A DNA stretch of 64,000 nt from Ptychomitrium polyphyllum. Its lineage: Eukaryota. Below, piece by piece: positions 35,145 to 48,989 of this stretch. The notes under the pieces were generated by a model that was not told the origin of the DNA, did no database searches, and saw only the letters and a program-made list of their open reading frames with translations. Where the stretch lies: NCBI GenBank assembly GCA_973851085.1, contig OZ316775.1:12834001-12898000 (forward strand). The letters are read 5' to 3'. How positions within the stretch are numbered: the first letter of the stretch is position 1; each line of letters begins with the position of its first letter. A program made the translations under genes and the position numbers.

Positions 35145-38100
35145 TCAGGCTTGCATTTCATCCACTAGTATGAATGCACCAGGTACAATACCAATTTCTG
35201 CCAACGTCTCCATGTCATTATTCAATGAAATGGGCAGAGGTGACTCCTGTACCAGCAGCAAACCCCATTGTTCAAACATGGCATGAGGGATATCTTAAAA
35301 GACATTCAGCTTCATCTACACTCATCTTCGGCTCGAGATCTCAGACGGACTTGACATAAACCATCCATTTCTACAAAACGAATGGCGATTCCTCCTGTAA
35401 AAATCATCAGCTCTTAAAGAACAGCATCAGCATGATTTGACTGAAACCCAGGATGGGGAGTGTTACCGGGTCACTGTAAAACAGGTGCTGGCAAAAACTC
35501 TTGAGCTTGAAAAGAGATTCACACACAACCTTCAATCTACCAACCTGAACTTCCAAGTACCCAAAAATCAGCATACTCTTATGACTTTGGAAGTGGTCAA
35601 GTTATTAACTTCTTCCTCAACTAAAGAAGAGAAAACACAGAGGTCAAATGGCTTGAGCAGAAATACTATAATCGAGACACCTGTAATTGAACAAGAACCC
35701 CGGATCGTGGCACCGCACTTCATGCTATGTGTATCACATGTGAAGGTGGTTCTCTTAAAAAAGAAGGTTAAATTTGTAAAAGAAGTTGCACTTTCTCACT
35801 AGCCAGATATCTTTTTAATAAAACATACTTAGACGACAAAAACACTACAGGATCCAAAAATTACAGAAGCGACAGACAGACTTTAGATATACTGAGAATA
35901 TTCATATCAAACAATGGAAGCAGCCACAATGAGGAACATAATTACAGATGGAATGTTATAGAGAAACTATCAGATGCAATGAAACATTCACTGTTCTTTA
36001 CATCACTGTTCTTGCCAAATCGAGTGAAGTGCTAAGCCTAATGAAACTAAATATATTTCAAAACCCTGCTTACAAAGTCATGCACGAATAACAACAGAGG
36101 TGATTCAGTACAAAACTTACGGTGGTAGAGCTTGGGAGCTTCTTCACAAGAGGAGCTTTTTCCCCAACTGAAGCAGCGACACACATGAGGCTCACAGCTG
36201 CTAATCCACATACCCAACGTCACGTTTGTCAAGGCGGAAGAAAATGAAGAGTATACTGTGATATTTCTATAAAATCATATATGTACTACCAGATAACGCA
36301 AAATGGAAGTTATTCACAAATGGAGAAAGTGGAATTTGGAGCTGCATGCATCAAGTGAAAATTTGATTTATTCAAGAATGACCTCGTCAAGCAATAGAGA
36401 CACACCATTTAAATAGCGATCAGGACATCATTGCTAATACAAGAATTCAGCGGAGGCACGTACACAGCAAGGAGCTAAACATCTTCTGTGTAGTTCCAAT
36501 CGATCCTCCTCTCTGTAGGTCCAGTGGAATATCATGCAAAATTCTCAGATGTTCGAACCTGCACATTACCAAGTTAAGCCGTTATTTAATCTACAATTTT
36601 GTGTATTGGTATTCACTAAAATCTCCCTCAAGACTGCTCATTGTCTTCGCCGGCGCTAGGGATGCACTAACTGATTGATCAGACAAACACGGAAGAAATT
36701 TATTTTACCGAGGGTGGCATTTGAGAATATCACCAACGTTAGGCATTTGCATATTCGTAAGCAGTTGGCGCACATATCTGTATTCAGAAGTCAACATTTA
36801 TTCAAAAGGAAAGTCATGTATTGATAGCAAAGTCATAAGTTATCCTTAAGAATCAATCCATCAGCAAGGGATCCTTAAACGTAGGATCAGCAAGAGTTCA
36901 ATCAAATATAACGTACAAAGGTTCCAACACTAGACAGAGATTCCAACACTTTCTAGGTTGCTACATTTCTTATACTAGTTTCCTATGTTGCAAACTCTCC
37001 CTGCAGTTGACAGACATGAGCTTTCAACTTCATCAAGTGGCTATGATCTCAGCGTTCCAAAAGAACACAACCTTGCCACGAAACTCTCATTCAATAAACC
37101 CATAATTCGTATGTTACTGTATCTGAAGTGTGAGTCCATCAACTGGAAATATTGGCACAAGCAATATCATACTTGACATGTAACATCGTACTTGACATGG
37201 ATTATAGATCAGAACGTCATAATCAAACACATCTTGTCAGCGAAGTGCGACGAAAGATTGAACGAGCACTGGACAAGTGACTGTTCACAACATATGAAAC
37301 TAGGGTTAACATGCTGATAAATCACAATCTGTACCTTATTTCAGAGTCTCGCCTCTCCCTTGATTTCACCTACAAAATTTCACCTACCATATGTTTTTAA
37401 GAAGTGCCGTTTGTAGTTCTAAGGAAGTAAGAAACATGAAAAAACCTTTTCTAATACTTGCCCTAGAAAGTAGACCCATGGACCTAATCAAACATTCTCA
37501 CAAGATTTGGGCCTCAAAAGGCACACAGATTAGCAAGAGGTAACAACAGAAAGAAGTCAGTTACATAATCATCTTCATCAAAGATTGGCGCTCAAAGGGG
37601 TTAAACGAGCACATACTTGGCTGCCATTCAAGTTAATTAGCTTTCCAATACGAGCCACAATCATGAACCGTGCTGCTGATCCATTGCCTGCGTCGGTAAT
37701 AGGATTATCTGATAGCCGTACCTCCTGCACCAGCAAATACATACAAATCTTCTCAACCAAATTTTCGAACCAGAAACCTACCTAAAAGGTTTAAGTGCTA
37801 CTAAGCGAAAAGGTCTGCAATATTACTACAATCAGATATTTCTTGAGAAGGGAAAAACTAAAGACGAAAATCATCGTCCAATTGAGCATAGGAGCTAGAG
37901 CAAAGCTGGAGTAAAGACGTTTTTAGTCATTGTAAACAAAATATAATATTCTAGGAGTATAGAATATGCTCAAGAATAGGTGATTAATTCCCATTTACTG
38001 GGCCAAAAGGAACGGTCACTGTGGTAATAGATTCTGTGTTGAAATTAACTTGAATCCAAACGCGAAGGATGTGTGGCTTGACTAGCAGATCCTACAGAAT

Positions 38101-40939
38101 TGCAAACTGTCGGAGAACTTATTCAGTGTGTCAGAAGGACAAATACATATTTCAGATTAGGATACTGTGCATTTGATTGACAGAGACCTGGAGGGATGGA
38201 AATTGATCGAGAGTATCAATTGAGGGCCAGTCTGATATTTGATTTCCACCTGCATCTCGTGCCCCCCGACAACACCCTTGTGAGAAGTTCCTTGTAAGTG
38301 CCTCCATATGCTCCTATGAAGGATTATTCAGCAAATTTCCCGATGCTTCACTGTTTGGTCGCCGTAAACGTTCAAGCTTACAGATTTTTATCTCCTACAG
38401 ACTGTGCACTGCACTTTGCTTATGAACACATGGATAGTTGTGATAATAATAGGTGCAACAGAATGAAATACACATATACCTAGAAGCAGGCAGCGTAATG
38501 CTGAAAAAGACATAAGTAAGCGCTCTCCATCATCCATTGTCAGAGCAATAGCAGTTTTACTTGATGAATCGGGATAAAATATCTCCCGAAGCTTGTTTCC
38601 ATTCACATTTAACTGCTCCAAGCTGCCAACTCCCAAGAAATTAGCAGGTTGAAGTGAGACGCTCTATCAGAACAATCCTACACCCAAAAAACCCTAATTT
38701 AAGCCAAAAGGCATATCAGCACAAGCATAATAGAAGTACGCACCTTTTCAATCGAGAAAGCTTTAGCAGCTCATGCCAGCTCTCGAACTGGTTCTCATCC
38801 AGATTCAGTAAACGAAGTGACTCAAATCCATGAACATAAGGCTCATCCGAGTCAACCTGCCCAACCACTTCTTTAGGTCATCACTAAGTCAATCACAAGA
38901 GCATGTAAAATGACCAAACTAAATATCACATTTTAGATAGAAGTAGCAGGCTAACTACCTCAATCGTCTGCATATTATTACGAGAAAGAGAAATCTCCTG
39001 AATGCAGGGGAGAGATGCTTTCAATACGTCCACCTGCGTAAAGTGAAATCTCCAAGTTAATAATGGTACCTTGAGGAGAGAAATCATCATCATTTAAGGG
39101 TAATTTGCAAATATTTTAAGCCATCAAAAAGGAGTTCAATTATCTGGGAGCATAGCAATAGTTACTCAAAAGGGTGCCTAACGTTCTAGAGACTCTAAAA
39201 TCAAACTCACCCTAGCAGCCCCTGAGAGAAGACCAAGATGACCCTCGGGCAATTCGATTGCTGGCAAGACAGGATTCGAAATACTATTCAGATCTAAAAC
39301 GACTGTCGCAAGTTCCCTAACGCTGTATCCACTAGTCAACTGCTTGACCCTGAAAGTACGGACAAACGCAACACCAGCCCTACTCCGGAGTAGTCCTTTA
39401 CCAGAACATCAACATACCTTCTTCCATTTCAAGGCGCAACTGTTGAGGATAAGTGTTGTCAAGTTTGAGATTGCGGGCAAGACGTTCACGGGATTGAGAG
39501 CTATACGGCTGCTACTGAGGTCCAGCATTTTCAGAGCTGGCAACTCCTCACAGATGCGGGAAACCTCCTGCAAAGAGTTATATGAGCAGCCTAGCAATTT
39601 TACTGACATATTTCTTTGTAGATTTCGAAATTTTTTGTATGGTGATGTTCCGTCTTGACCTACTATATCAGAAAGCAGTATTGTAACATGTAGATACCCA
39701 AGAATATACATATGGTTTAAAATTGGATACTCACATGCCAGTCAGACAAGAGATTTCCAGTGAGATCGAGCTCATTAATCTCTGCACGTTCATTCTTACC
39801 TTGTTCAGTAATACATTCACACTAAGAATGAGTGTTTCCAAGAGAGATAAGCAGCAAAATCACACAATTTACAGTCAATCAGCCGCCCTGAAAACACAGC
39901 AGAAAATTCATATAATTGTGCATAAGCGTTTAACATAGCTTCCCAAGTTTTCTCCATCAACTTTGCCAATAGATGCAAACAAGCCAAGACAGAAAAGCTA
40001 TGGGTGATGAGGGAAGTACTAGGACAGGCGGCTCTGAGCTGTCCGTGAGGTCCGGCAGAGCACACTCCTGCATAAATGAGCGTTGCAACTTTAAGGCTTT
40101 CAAGATGACCCTGCCGCTCCTCAACCTCGGCCTTGCCAACAAGCTCTACAGCAACCCGCTGCTGGCGTACTGACATCACATACATATCATCTGCATGTAT
40201 TCGAGATGACGCATATTTTAATTGACCCCTGAAAGAACGCTTTGGTGGCTCTTTACAATCTTTTAATGAACGCTCGAAGAAACCAAACATGGAATTCTCA
40301 CTGGTATAGTATTCAGCTATCATTGCACTGTGACTCGCCCCTCAGTTCAGCAGCCAAGAAAGTTGAGAAGAAGCCCAGTCCGTGCAGTTTGGGGAGTACA
40401 ATACAACCTCGCGTCAAGTACATAGAATGCCATCCCTTGAAGTTTGGAAACCAAGAAATGAAAGCCATGTATATTTTCAAGTCTTTAAACCCTAAACCTC
40501 TTCTCACCGAAAAGAGGCCCCTTGTGCGTGAACGCAATAAACTGGGGAGGTTTTTCGGCTTCAAGGGCACTAATACAAGGCACGGCAACACCAGCATGCA
40601 CAATATGAAAACAAGATACAGAAGCCTAGCCGCACCTTGTTCAGATTCAGGAGCTGCGGCGGTCTTATATCGCAAGGACAGAGCCTCGAGCAAGGAAACC
40701 CCTGCGCTTAAGCTGCGTGGCCGCACGAAAGACCCCGAAAGTGGACCTCGCGTCTCAAAGTAGCGTACACCATTCATGGATCCATCGTGGCGGCCGTCAC
40801 AGTTATCCCATTCCACTCCTACCCATTCGCCGTCATGGCCTTGCACTGCCCCCACGTATTGAACCGTGCCGATCTGAGGTCCCCTCCCCGCATTGATCAC
40901 GCACACTCGCTGCCCCACGCGGAACTCGGTGTCCTTCAT
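35145..40939 (-). CDS. TBCE: Tubulin-folding cofactor E (CAP-Gly + LRR + ubiquitin-like), PFIFFERLING/TFC-E homolog, multi-exon
   Basis: N-terminal CAP-Gly VGQRV..GTVQYVGAVQGHDGEWVGVEWDN.DGRHDGSMNGVRYF. Then LRRs (LKMLDLSSSRI, LTTLILNSC, LEQLNVNGNKL, EVRLSDNPI), ARFMIVARIGKLINLNGS and VKSRERRDSEI. C-terminal UBL VSLMCVAASVGEKAPLVKKLPSSTTVGRLKVVCESLFKL...PISLNNDMETLAEIGI; stop TGA at 35145. Confidence 0.92.
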
Positions 40940-42395
40940 GGCTGTTCTGAGATCAACTCGCATCAGTATCACTTTAAATCATTTTTTGTCAGCTTCAAAT
41001 GCACACAACGACATCCACCCTAAATCAGGATATTAAGGGATAACGAAAGAAAGAAACAAAGAAAAAAGGAATTGAGCAGCCCCAGCTGATGGCAAGCTAT
41101 GTCTACCTCCACCTCTACATGGATTGGAACAAGTAACTATTCAAAGAAGTGACATAATGCAAGATGATTGCAAATCGGGATGTGAAATCGGACCTCTAAC
41201 TTACTTGAGTGCTTTACTGGATGATCCACCCTTACAATCCACCGATGTCACGATGTAGTGTGTAGCGCCCGCGTGCACCTAAACAGTAATCACCATCTTA
41301 CGTCATGTTATGTAAGTTGCAGAAGAAAAAGATTACCAAGCGCAATGGCAGCCTTGAGCTGGCGCCGACAGTCACAGTTGGCGAATGCCACAAAGACAGA
41401 CAGACACTCTTGACTGTGTTGTGTTGTGTTGTGTTGGGTTATTCTGCTTCCAAGTCAAAATCTTAATTCCTAAAATCCAAAAGACTCGACAGAACACAAT
41501 TGACTTATCAGTTGCACATTCCCGACAATAACGTTGTTGCTTCGCAGCAAAGCATCGGTTATCGACCAAGCGTATGGCCAATGAGTCAAATGATCATTGA
41601 TCAATCAGACGGTGGCCGAAGATGGAATCGGGTGACCAAAAAAACCCACGACAATGTCACACAACAGCGGTACTTTTAAAGTCAGTATCGGCATTCAAGC
41701 ATTCACACTGCTGAGGGGAATAAAGTTATGTCCATGGATTTGGCATGAGTTGGCAGGCATCCCATTCCAGTTCAATCCATTCAGGCCCAACCTTTCTGGA
41801 ATCAGTTGTCCACATATCTTATATTCTTAGTTCGTCGGATATGAAGCTGAGGTCACTTGCGCGAATGGAAAAGAGCTCAAATCCTGGACCATGTGCTAAA
41901 ATTATTTGTAATGTTTGTAATGTTGATGGGTGTCACAATTTGGTAAAATAAGTACGTCGCCGCGTTCACTTTTCGCACGATATCTAGGTGATACCAATAT
42001 AATAATTCCCTGATATCCGTTCCTAAGCGGAGGGTATCTGAGGAGCTGGACAAGTGCACGCCGTCGGAAGCCTGTCGTCGCTCATTGCCTTTGCTCATTG
42101 AAGATGATTTTCAACTCCAGGAATTCAAATGCCGACAGTTGCGCTCGGGCGTCACGAAATGGCGACGACTACCTTTAAAGCTTGGTAACGATGAACGCGT
42201 TTTCGCTTTTAGCGGCGGGACGGGTCGGAAGGGGCTTTGAACTATGGACTCGCATGATAGTTGCGGCTTGAGGTTTGATATGGAGTGCGGTGGTTGTGGT
42301 TTGGGGAGGAGTAGGCCGGTGGCGGGGAGATCTCTGAGTCAGGAACAATGTGATGTGATGTGACGTTGAGAGGGTTTGGAGTTCTCTGTGAAAGG

Positions 42396-44096
42396 ATGAG
42401 GTACTGGGGGATGGTGATGGCGTTGCCGCGCTGGCAGGAGGCAGCGATGGTGGTGGTGGTGGTGGTTAGGGTTGCAGTGGCGATTCATGGGGTGTGCGAA
42501 GGTGGAGTGATCGGTGCTTTGATGGCGCTGGTTGCGTGCGCCTGGGCGGTGGAGAGCGGCAGCAAGAACGGGGCGAAGCTGCAGTCCGGGAGGTTTCGCG
42601 CGACGCAAGCGCCGGGGGTCCTTCTTGGCGCGGTGACTCCGCCGCTGGTGATGGCTTCTCAGTTGGGGCAGGCGATGCGTTCTAGTGCGGCAGGAGTGGA
42701 GCAGGCTCGCGTGGAATTTTGGAGCTCGATCGTGTGTAGCGCTACTTTGTTGGCGCTTCTGTTATGGATGATTGTGCTGCGAAGGGAGGGGAAGCAGCAG
42801 AGAGATGGATTTAGGTTAAAGAAGGTAGTGATTGGAGCAAACAGGAGCAGGTCCGGAGCCGTGATTCTGTTTTCTTTGCTAGTTGTGCTGCTGCTTTTGC
42901 AATTAGTGTTTTCCATTTCAACTTGGAGCATGACCTGGTGCGTCGTGATTGGAGCTGGAAGTGCATTCATTTTTCACTATTTTCTTCAGGTTTTTCCTTC
43001 CTGTACATCAGCTGGAGAAGCGATGCTAGTAGCCCATGGGTTCACACTCTACTTGGCCAATACCGTTCTTGACCCATTGTTGAAGCTGCTCCTCAACAAG
43101 GTTTGGCTAGGAGTGACGCTTGAAGAGAATGTGAACCCGGTACTTGCGATCGTGCACTCCATAGTGCTGGGAATGCTTCTCGTACCTATGTTGTATAGAT
43201 GCCTCTTGAGCACTCTCTCATTGAAAGCGTTAGAGATGCCAGAAAAGGAGCCACTTTTGGAATCGGCCTCACGAGCTGCATTATTTTGCTTCACTGTCTT
43301 GGCTGTGGTCTTCTGGGCTGCTCCAACATGGTTAGGGCTTGTAGGAGGAATATCACAGCATCCTGTGCTATGGATTCTACGCTATATGCTGGACCAGCCA
43401 GTGCAGAGATTCGGATTGTGTGTATACTGGGTGGTCGTAATTGGTGTCTTCTCTTTATTTCTACATCAAATGACCTTGAAGAAGCAGATGTCAAGAATAA
43501 TGATACGGAAGGGCTTTCATATCATGGCCGTAGTCATGTTCGTGCCTGCCCTCGCCTTCCAAGCCGACTTCTTGCGAATCGCCTTTGCTCTGGCACTCGG
43601 AGTTTTTATACTTGTAGAAGCAGCCAGGGTATGGAGGATTCCTCCTCTTGGTGAAAAGATACAGACATTTTTGAAAGGTTTTACAGATTCGAGAGACTCT
43701 GAAGTCTTAATTATTAGTCATTTTTCCTTGTTACTGGGGTGTGCTATTCCGGTCTGGCTGAGTTCAACGATAGCTAAAGACAGACCACTCGCAGCCTACG
43801 CAGGGATTTTGAGCCTTGGGATTGGGGATACTATGGCCTCTGTGGTAGGGTACAATTTTGGTTCCATCCGGCTGAGCAGGTCGAGTCAGAAGACTTGGGA
43901 AGGGACCATAGCCGGGATCGTGAGTGTCGTTGGAGCCTCGGTTCTTCTTTCCTACATGCCGCCGACGTTTCCCTTGGCTAATCAGGTCGGATCAATGGCA
44001 ATTGCAGCCTCATGCGCAGGTCTAGTGGAAGCCTTTATATCGCAACTCGACAACGCTTTTGTTCCGATTGTTTACTACAGCCTTTTATCTTTGTGA
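42396..44096 (+). CDS. DOK1: Dolichol kinase (DOK1/EVAN/SEC59 family), single exon, polytopic membrane protein
   Basis: Uninterrupted ORF with many transmembrane segments. GVLLGAVTPP as in plant DOKs, IRKGFH, FTDSRDSEVLIISHFSLLLGCAIP, GILSLGIGDTMASVVG, KTWEGT and SQLDN (CTP-transferase/dolichol kinase motifs). First in-frame ATG is at 42396. Confidence 0.92.
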   Translation: MRYWGMVMALPRWQEAAMVVVVVVRVAVAIHGVCEGGVIGALMALVACAWAVESGSKNGAKLQSGRFRATQAPGVLLGAVTPPLVMASQLGQAMRSSAAGVEQARVEFWSSIVCSATLLALLLWMIVLRREGKQQRDGFRLKKVVIGANRSRSGAVILFSLLVVLLLLQLVFSISTWSMTWCVVIGAGSAFIFHYFLQVFPSCTSAGEAMLVAHGFTLYLANTVLDPLLKLLLNKVWLGVTLEENVNPVLAIVHSIVLGMLLVPMLYRCLLSTLSLKALEMPEKEPLLESASRAALFCFTVLAVVFWAAPTWLGLVGGISQHPVLWILRYMLDQPVQRFGLCVYWVVVIGVFSLFLHQMTLKKQMSRIMIRKGFHIMAVVMFVPALAFQADFLRIAFALALGVFILVEAARVWRIPPLGEKIQTFLKGFTDSRDSEVLIISHFSLLLGCAIPVWLSSTIAKDRPLAAYAGILSLGIGDTMASVVGYNFGSIRLSRSSQKTWEGTIAGIVSVVGASVLLSYMPPTFPLANQVGSMAIAASCAGLVEAFISQLDNAFVPIVYYSLLSL

Positions 44097-46552
44097 CTAT
44101 TTCACGGAGTATTGAAGACATTGAGGCATTCATTTAATGTAGCACAGTGATTCAGCACTGAGCTTCCTCCAAAATGAGGACAAGTTTTTCGAGGTCTTGT
44201 GTTCCTTTGGTGGATATATTGTATCTTATATCGAAGTGTATCATATTAAAATGAGCAAGCCAACAAAACAAGCTATGCTTCTGTTATTTACACAGAATTT
44301 TCTTTGATTGCCAAATTTTACTGGAAATTGTCTGTTGATAAGAGTGCTGCAGATGGATAACACGGCTTTTCGCAGTCATGAGGATTCATTTTTTGACCGC
44401 CGAGATCAGTTACAACGGGTGAGCTTCGTCTATTCTCTTGCCATTACGTGTTATACAATATCTTTGATGGAAACATTGAAGCACATTACTGGAGTGCCCC
44501 GAAGTCAAATGTCACTTAATGTAACATGTTGCTCGTGTTTCGCACATAAAGCTTCTCTTGGTGGCAGGCAAGAGGGCTGCCAAGTTCTAGGTGCATCATT
44601 GGGGATAAGGAAGGAGTAAACGAGCAGCTCAAATGCTTGTTTGTTGACTTGGTCGTGGCAGCTTCGTAGCTATGGCCGGCAAGAGACTTTTTATTTTACT
44701 AGACATCTTCCACATGTAAGTTCTAAGCATTATTTCTCCATGCGTAGAAAATGCATTATATACCTGACTGGCATATACTTTGTAGGCTCCTGAATTTCTT
44801 TGCACCTTTAGGCGTATACGAGAGAAGGTCACAATAGGTTCCAATAGATACTGGACAATGCCATCTTGCTGCACAGCAATTAGGTACAAGAAATTATAAT
44901 CAAGAGCTTCCTGCCTGCACTTCAAGGCTCCAGCTAATGAGGTTGGAGCGAGTAAGATTACTTTGATCACTGTAATATTTGTCGTGTATTACCTTCTGGT
45001 TAGCTGGATTTGGTACTCTGACGCTATAATTCTTGCAACTTACGTTTTCGTGACCTGAATATTATGCATCTACATTAGTGAAATGCGTCATTATCTTCTG
45101 CATTAGTGCACATAGTGTACTACAGTAGTTTACTATGTATTGTTGGAGCCTATAAGAATCTGGGAATTCTCCTAATCACTTGCCGAGAATCACACATCTT
45201 ATTCTTCCAGGGTCTAATTTGGTGCAGAGATTCGGACAAACTATTACAGGATTCTGCTTTCAAGACTTGTGGTCAGAATTTCTCCACTACAAGGACTGCA
45301 CCCCTCTAAGTGAATCTTAAATGGGTTGATGCTTTTGAGAGACCCATCACACTCCTCCGTAGGTGGGTGGAGTTACCAGAGGGGAAATCTTCCAATCTAT
45401 GAATAGCTCCTATTTGTTTATGAAGAAAGCTGTTTTCTATAATTCATGTTGCAGGTTCAGGGTGATACGCACTAGGCTTATTGATTCATAAATGTGACGT
45501 GAAATCAACATCACAAAAGGACATGTGGAAGATAAGGTTGCTTCACAAACTTGGCTATATCTTCTAACCCGCTTCTAAATTTATATTACCTAATATATAA
45601 CATTTTTAGTTGAATGATCATACACCACAATGAATCATTATAATGATGTTCCACTCTATCTCCAAGTAATGGACTTTACTAGATATTTTGTACATTAAAG
45701 TATATAGCTTTCACCCTCTATACATCTAATCAATGTTGTAATAGTAACAAAGAATTATATAGGTTAAGAATGCTGTGATTTTATTATACAAATTTTTATA
45801 AAATATGAAGTTCAAATAAATTTGGCTTTATCCCTAAAGTTATATTATCATTTGAAGTTTTATATGAGGTTTAAAGGTCTCAATAATATTAATAAAAATC
45901 AACAATTGAAAACACCAATACTATACACAAAGTTAAATGTTGTGTAAAGCATTTGGAATAGAAAGTGTGCAAATTGTAATAGCTCTTTTAATTATTGCTC
46001 CAAATTTTACAACTAAAAGTATTAAAGTTAAAATTTTATTTTATTTTTTCGATATATTTCACATAATTTTATTTTATTATCTATAATCAAAATTTTATCA
46101 AAATCCATTAAATTGAAATACTTTGATATCATTAAGATACATGTATCTTTTTTTTTCAACATCTTTTTAATATACTTTTTATTTTACTTTTTATTACCAA
46201 AAAATTTTGTATAAAAATTCTTTGTTAAATTTCTAACTTATGGATTACAAAGGTATGGAAATCATCCATAGTTTGGTAAATTTTACAATCATTGATTTCA
46301 AAAAATACAAATTCTCAAAATTAGATGGATGGAAATATATATACAATTAATTTTGATATGAGAGTTAACAATGTTGTGCTTCCACTTATTTAATATGTAT
46401 CTTGGATTTAATTTTTTTGTATTTTCACATGTTTCTTAATTTTTGACCACTTAAATTCTTTGTCCCTCTTTAAACTTGTTTAAAGCTTTGAAAGTTAATA
46501 TTTTTTTTCATCTTTGTTTATAGAACCTTTGCCTCTTTCCTTACCAAATTTT

Positions 46553-46945
46553 TATTACAAATTTACGTATTAGAAGCTTCTAAAAAGATTCTTAAGAAGT
46601 TTAAGAATGCCAAAGAAGCTTCCAATAAAGTTATTTACACTACGGAAGCTTCCAAGGAAGCAATTCAAAGTTTCTTAAATATAAAGCATTGTATTAGAAG
46701 CTTTCAAGGCTGTAGTCATAATATAAATAAGAATAAAGACTGAAGGGATCTTTAGACTTATCAATGCAGTTCTTGTGGTCTAGCTCAAACTTCCTTGTTC
46801 TGTTTTTATATCTTATTATAACTCTTTGCTTTTAACATACCTTAAAAATACCTTGTTCCATATCCTACAATCCTAAAACTTTGCCTTCTCGTTATTTTGT
46901 TTGTAATAGTTTATTGAAACAATTATATATTAATATTAAAGCTTG
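46553..46945 (+). mobile_element. Degenerate Gypsy LTR, family B, with decayed PBS-like sequence
   Basis: Aligns by eye to 50098-50457 (TATTAGAAGC..AAAAG.TTCTTAA...GAAGCTTC...CAATGCA..TCTTGTGGT..TATCTTATTATA.CTCTTT). Followed by AATATTAAAGCTTGG, comparable to AATATCAGAGCTTGG after the second copy. Confidence 0.65.
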
Positions 46946-47074
46946 GTTTTTTTTAATAGAGATCAATGTTGGAATCTATTCAATTATACAATTTAAAACT
47001 TAACTAGTATTTGTTGTTTTGTAGGATTTGATTTATTGTATTTAAAAAAGAATATAAAAAAAAAAATTAAAAAA

Positions 47075-47570
47075 ATAAAGAGAGTTGTGATAAGACTATG
47101 ATTTTTATTTGTTTTGGAAGTGGAGCTGCGTTTTATCTTAGCTCATAGTGAATGTGCTAGTTGATTGTAGTATTTTCCTTCTTGCCATTTTCATTAGTAA
47201 TACCAAATTAAGCGCTATTGTTATATTCAATGAAGCCAACAAGAATTGAATTTGGACCAATTCAGCAGTTAGAACTTATCCGGTCAACCAAGTTCATGAC
47301 TTGGTATCTGATTCTGCTTTAATAATGATATTTTTCTTAGTTTGTTTCACATTAAACTCCAATTTTTTTTTTCCTACTTTATTTTTTTTATTTTTGTTTT
47401 TTTTTTTCTATTTTAAATTTGTGAGGGTTGATTTTATTTTCTTTTGTAACTTGAACCTAGAAATTTCAACTAAAAGAAAAAAAAAAAAAAAAAAAAAAAA
47501 AAAAGATTTAGGTTCTTTTTATTTGACAATATGGTTAAATAAGGACTTGATAAAAGGAAATAGAAGCTGA
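47075..47570. repeat. Unclassified dispersed repeat, copy 1 (homologous to 63520-64000)
   Basis: Shared blocks: TCTTAGCTC, TTATCC.GTCAACCAAGTTCATG.CTTGGT, TTTGTGAGG.TTGATTTT, A-run then GATTTAGGTT. Confidence 0.8.
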
Positions 47571-48989
47571 TGTGGAGAGATAAATTTGATATGGAATGAT
47601 AAGTGGCAAATGTGGTAGTTTGACCACCATCTTCTTTTTCTCTCTTTGGCTTTTCCAATTTGAATAAGAAGGTAGCTCTTTTTTTGGATGATCTCAATCT
47701 ACACTTTTTAGTTTGAGTCAATTTTTGTGGATTAATTTCTTTTCTTTTTAAGCTTTTCAAAAAGCCATCACTTGTTCCATTTGAAGTTAGTATGTGACAA
47801 TGGCACTAGTTTGGATAAAGCTAAGTTAGCTGCCTTAAATTTCTGAGAGCAAACTACTTTAAATGCTTGTAACTTTTTGTAAAAATGATTTTTGTTAATG
47901 AAATTTGTAAAGTAGCATTTTGACTACTTTTAAATAATGGAGTAGAAATTTTGAAAGTAATAGATCTTTACAGTAGGAAATATAAGAAAAAATGCAATTG
48001 GAGTTTGAAGGTAGTATATAATACAGTTTGGAATTACACATTTTGAATCATTTGAGATGATTGGAAAGGCTTTTAAGGTTGATATTTTAATGAAGTATTT
48101 ATAGTAAGATAAATAATATGTGGATAAAATTTAAAGATTTATTGTAAAAAAGAAGTTATAGAGCAATGAAATAAGGGCAAGTTTAGGAGCTATTGCAAAA
48201 AGAGTGAGACTTTTGAAGACATGGTTTTAGACCTATACTTGAACTACAATAAGGAATTTTTGAAGGTTGCAATTAAAAAGTTTTGTACTTATGTTATTTA
48301 AAACTTAAGAACATTGGGTCTTTGAGTTTAAAGACATAAGAAAAAATATAATTTGGATTAAAATGAAAGAAGTAGAATTATTTATAAAGACTTGGATTCT
48401 TTGAAGATGGAAGAAAGAAGCTTTGAGAAATAAAAATTTAAGATGTAGAAATAACTAATAAAGAATTGCAAGTTGTAGTTTTTATTATAATATAAAAGTT
48501 ATAAGAACCTTATACTTGATTAATTAGATGCAAAAAGACCCAGCTTTTCCTATAGCAACCACTCTCACCATAACAACAGATTATCCCTCTTTTTAGAAGT
48601 ATTATTATGCTTTATCCTTCTTTTTGGAAGTATTATTATGCTTTAGAGATTGCAGATTACCTTCTCCAAAATTGATATTATTTATTGGATTTTCTATCCT
48701 TTTTTTGTTTATTTAGTAATATTTATTTATTTTCATTCCATTTTCATGCTAAGAAGTGAAGAGATTCACATGACAGATTCTAAAAATCCAAATTAGATTC
48801 TATTTTAAATGGCCATTAAGCATTGAGAATTAAAACCAAAAGTTTCTTTAAGCAAAATGAAGAATTTTATTTGATCATACATAGTGGCCACGGATTAAAA
48901 GCACTCTAGTTGCTACCCCAAGTCACCTTAGGTGCTTCATTGCCTAACCTTGTTTTAATAGAATTTGCAAAATTCAAATCAACATTTCA

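Noticed and set aside
45900..46550. Possible decayed protein-kinase fragment on the minus strand
   Set aside because: Only a vague Gly-rich-loop resemblance in stop-ridden AT-rich DNA; unsupportable without a search.
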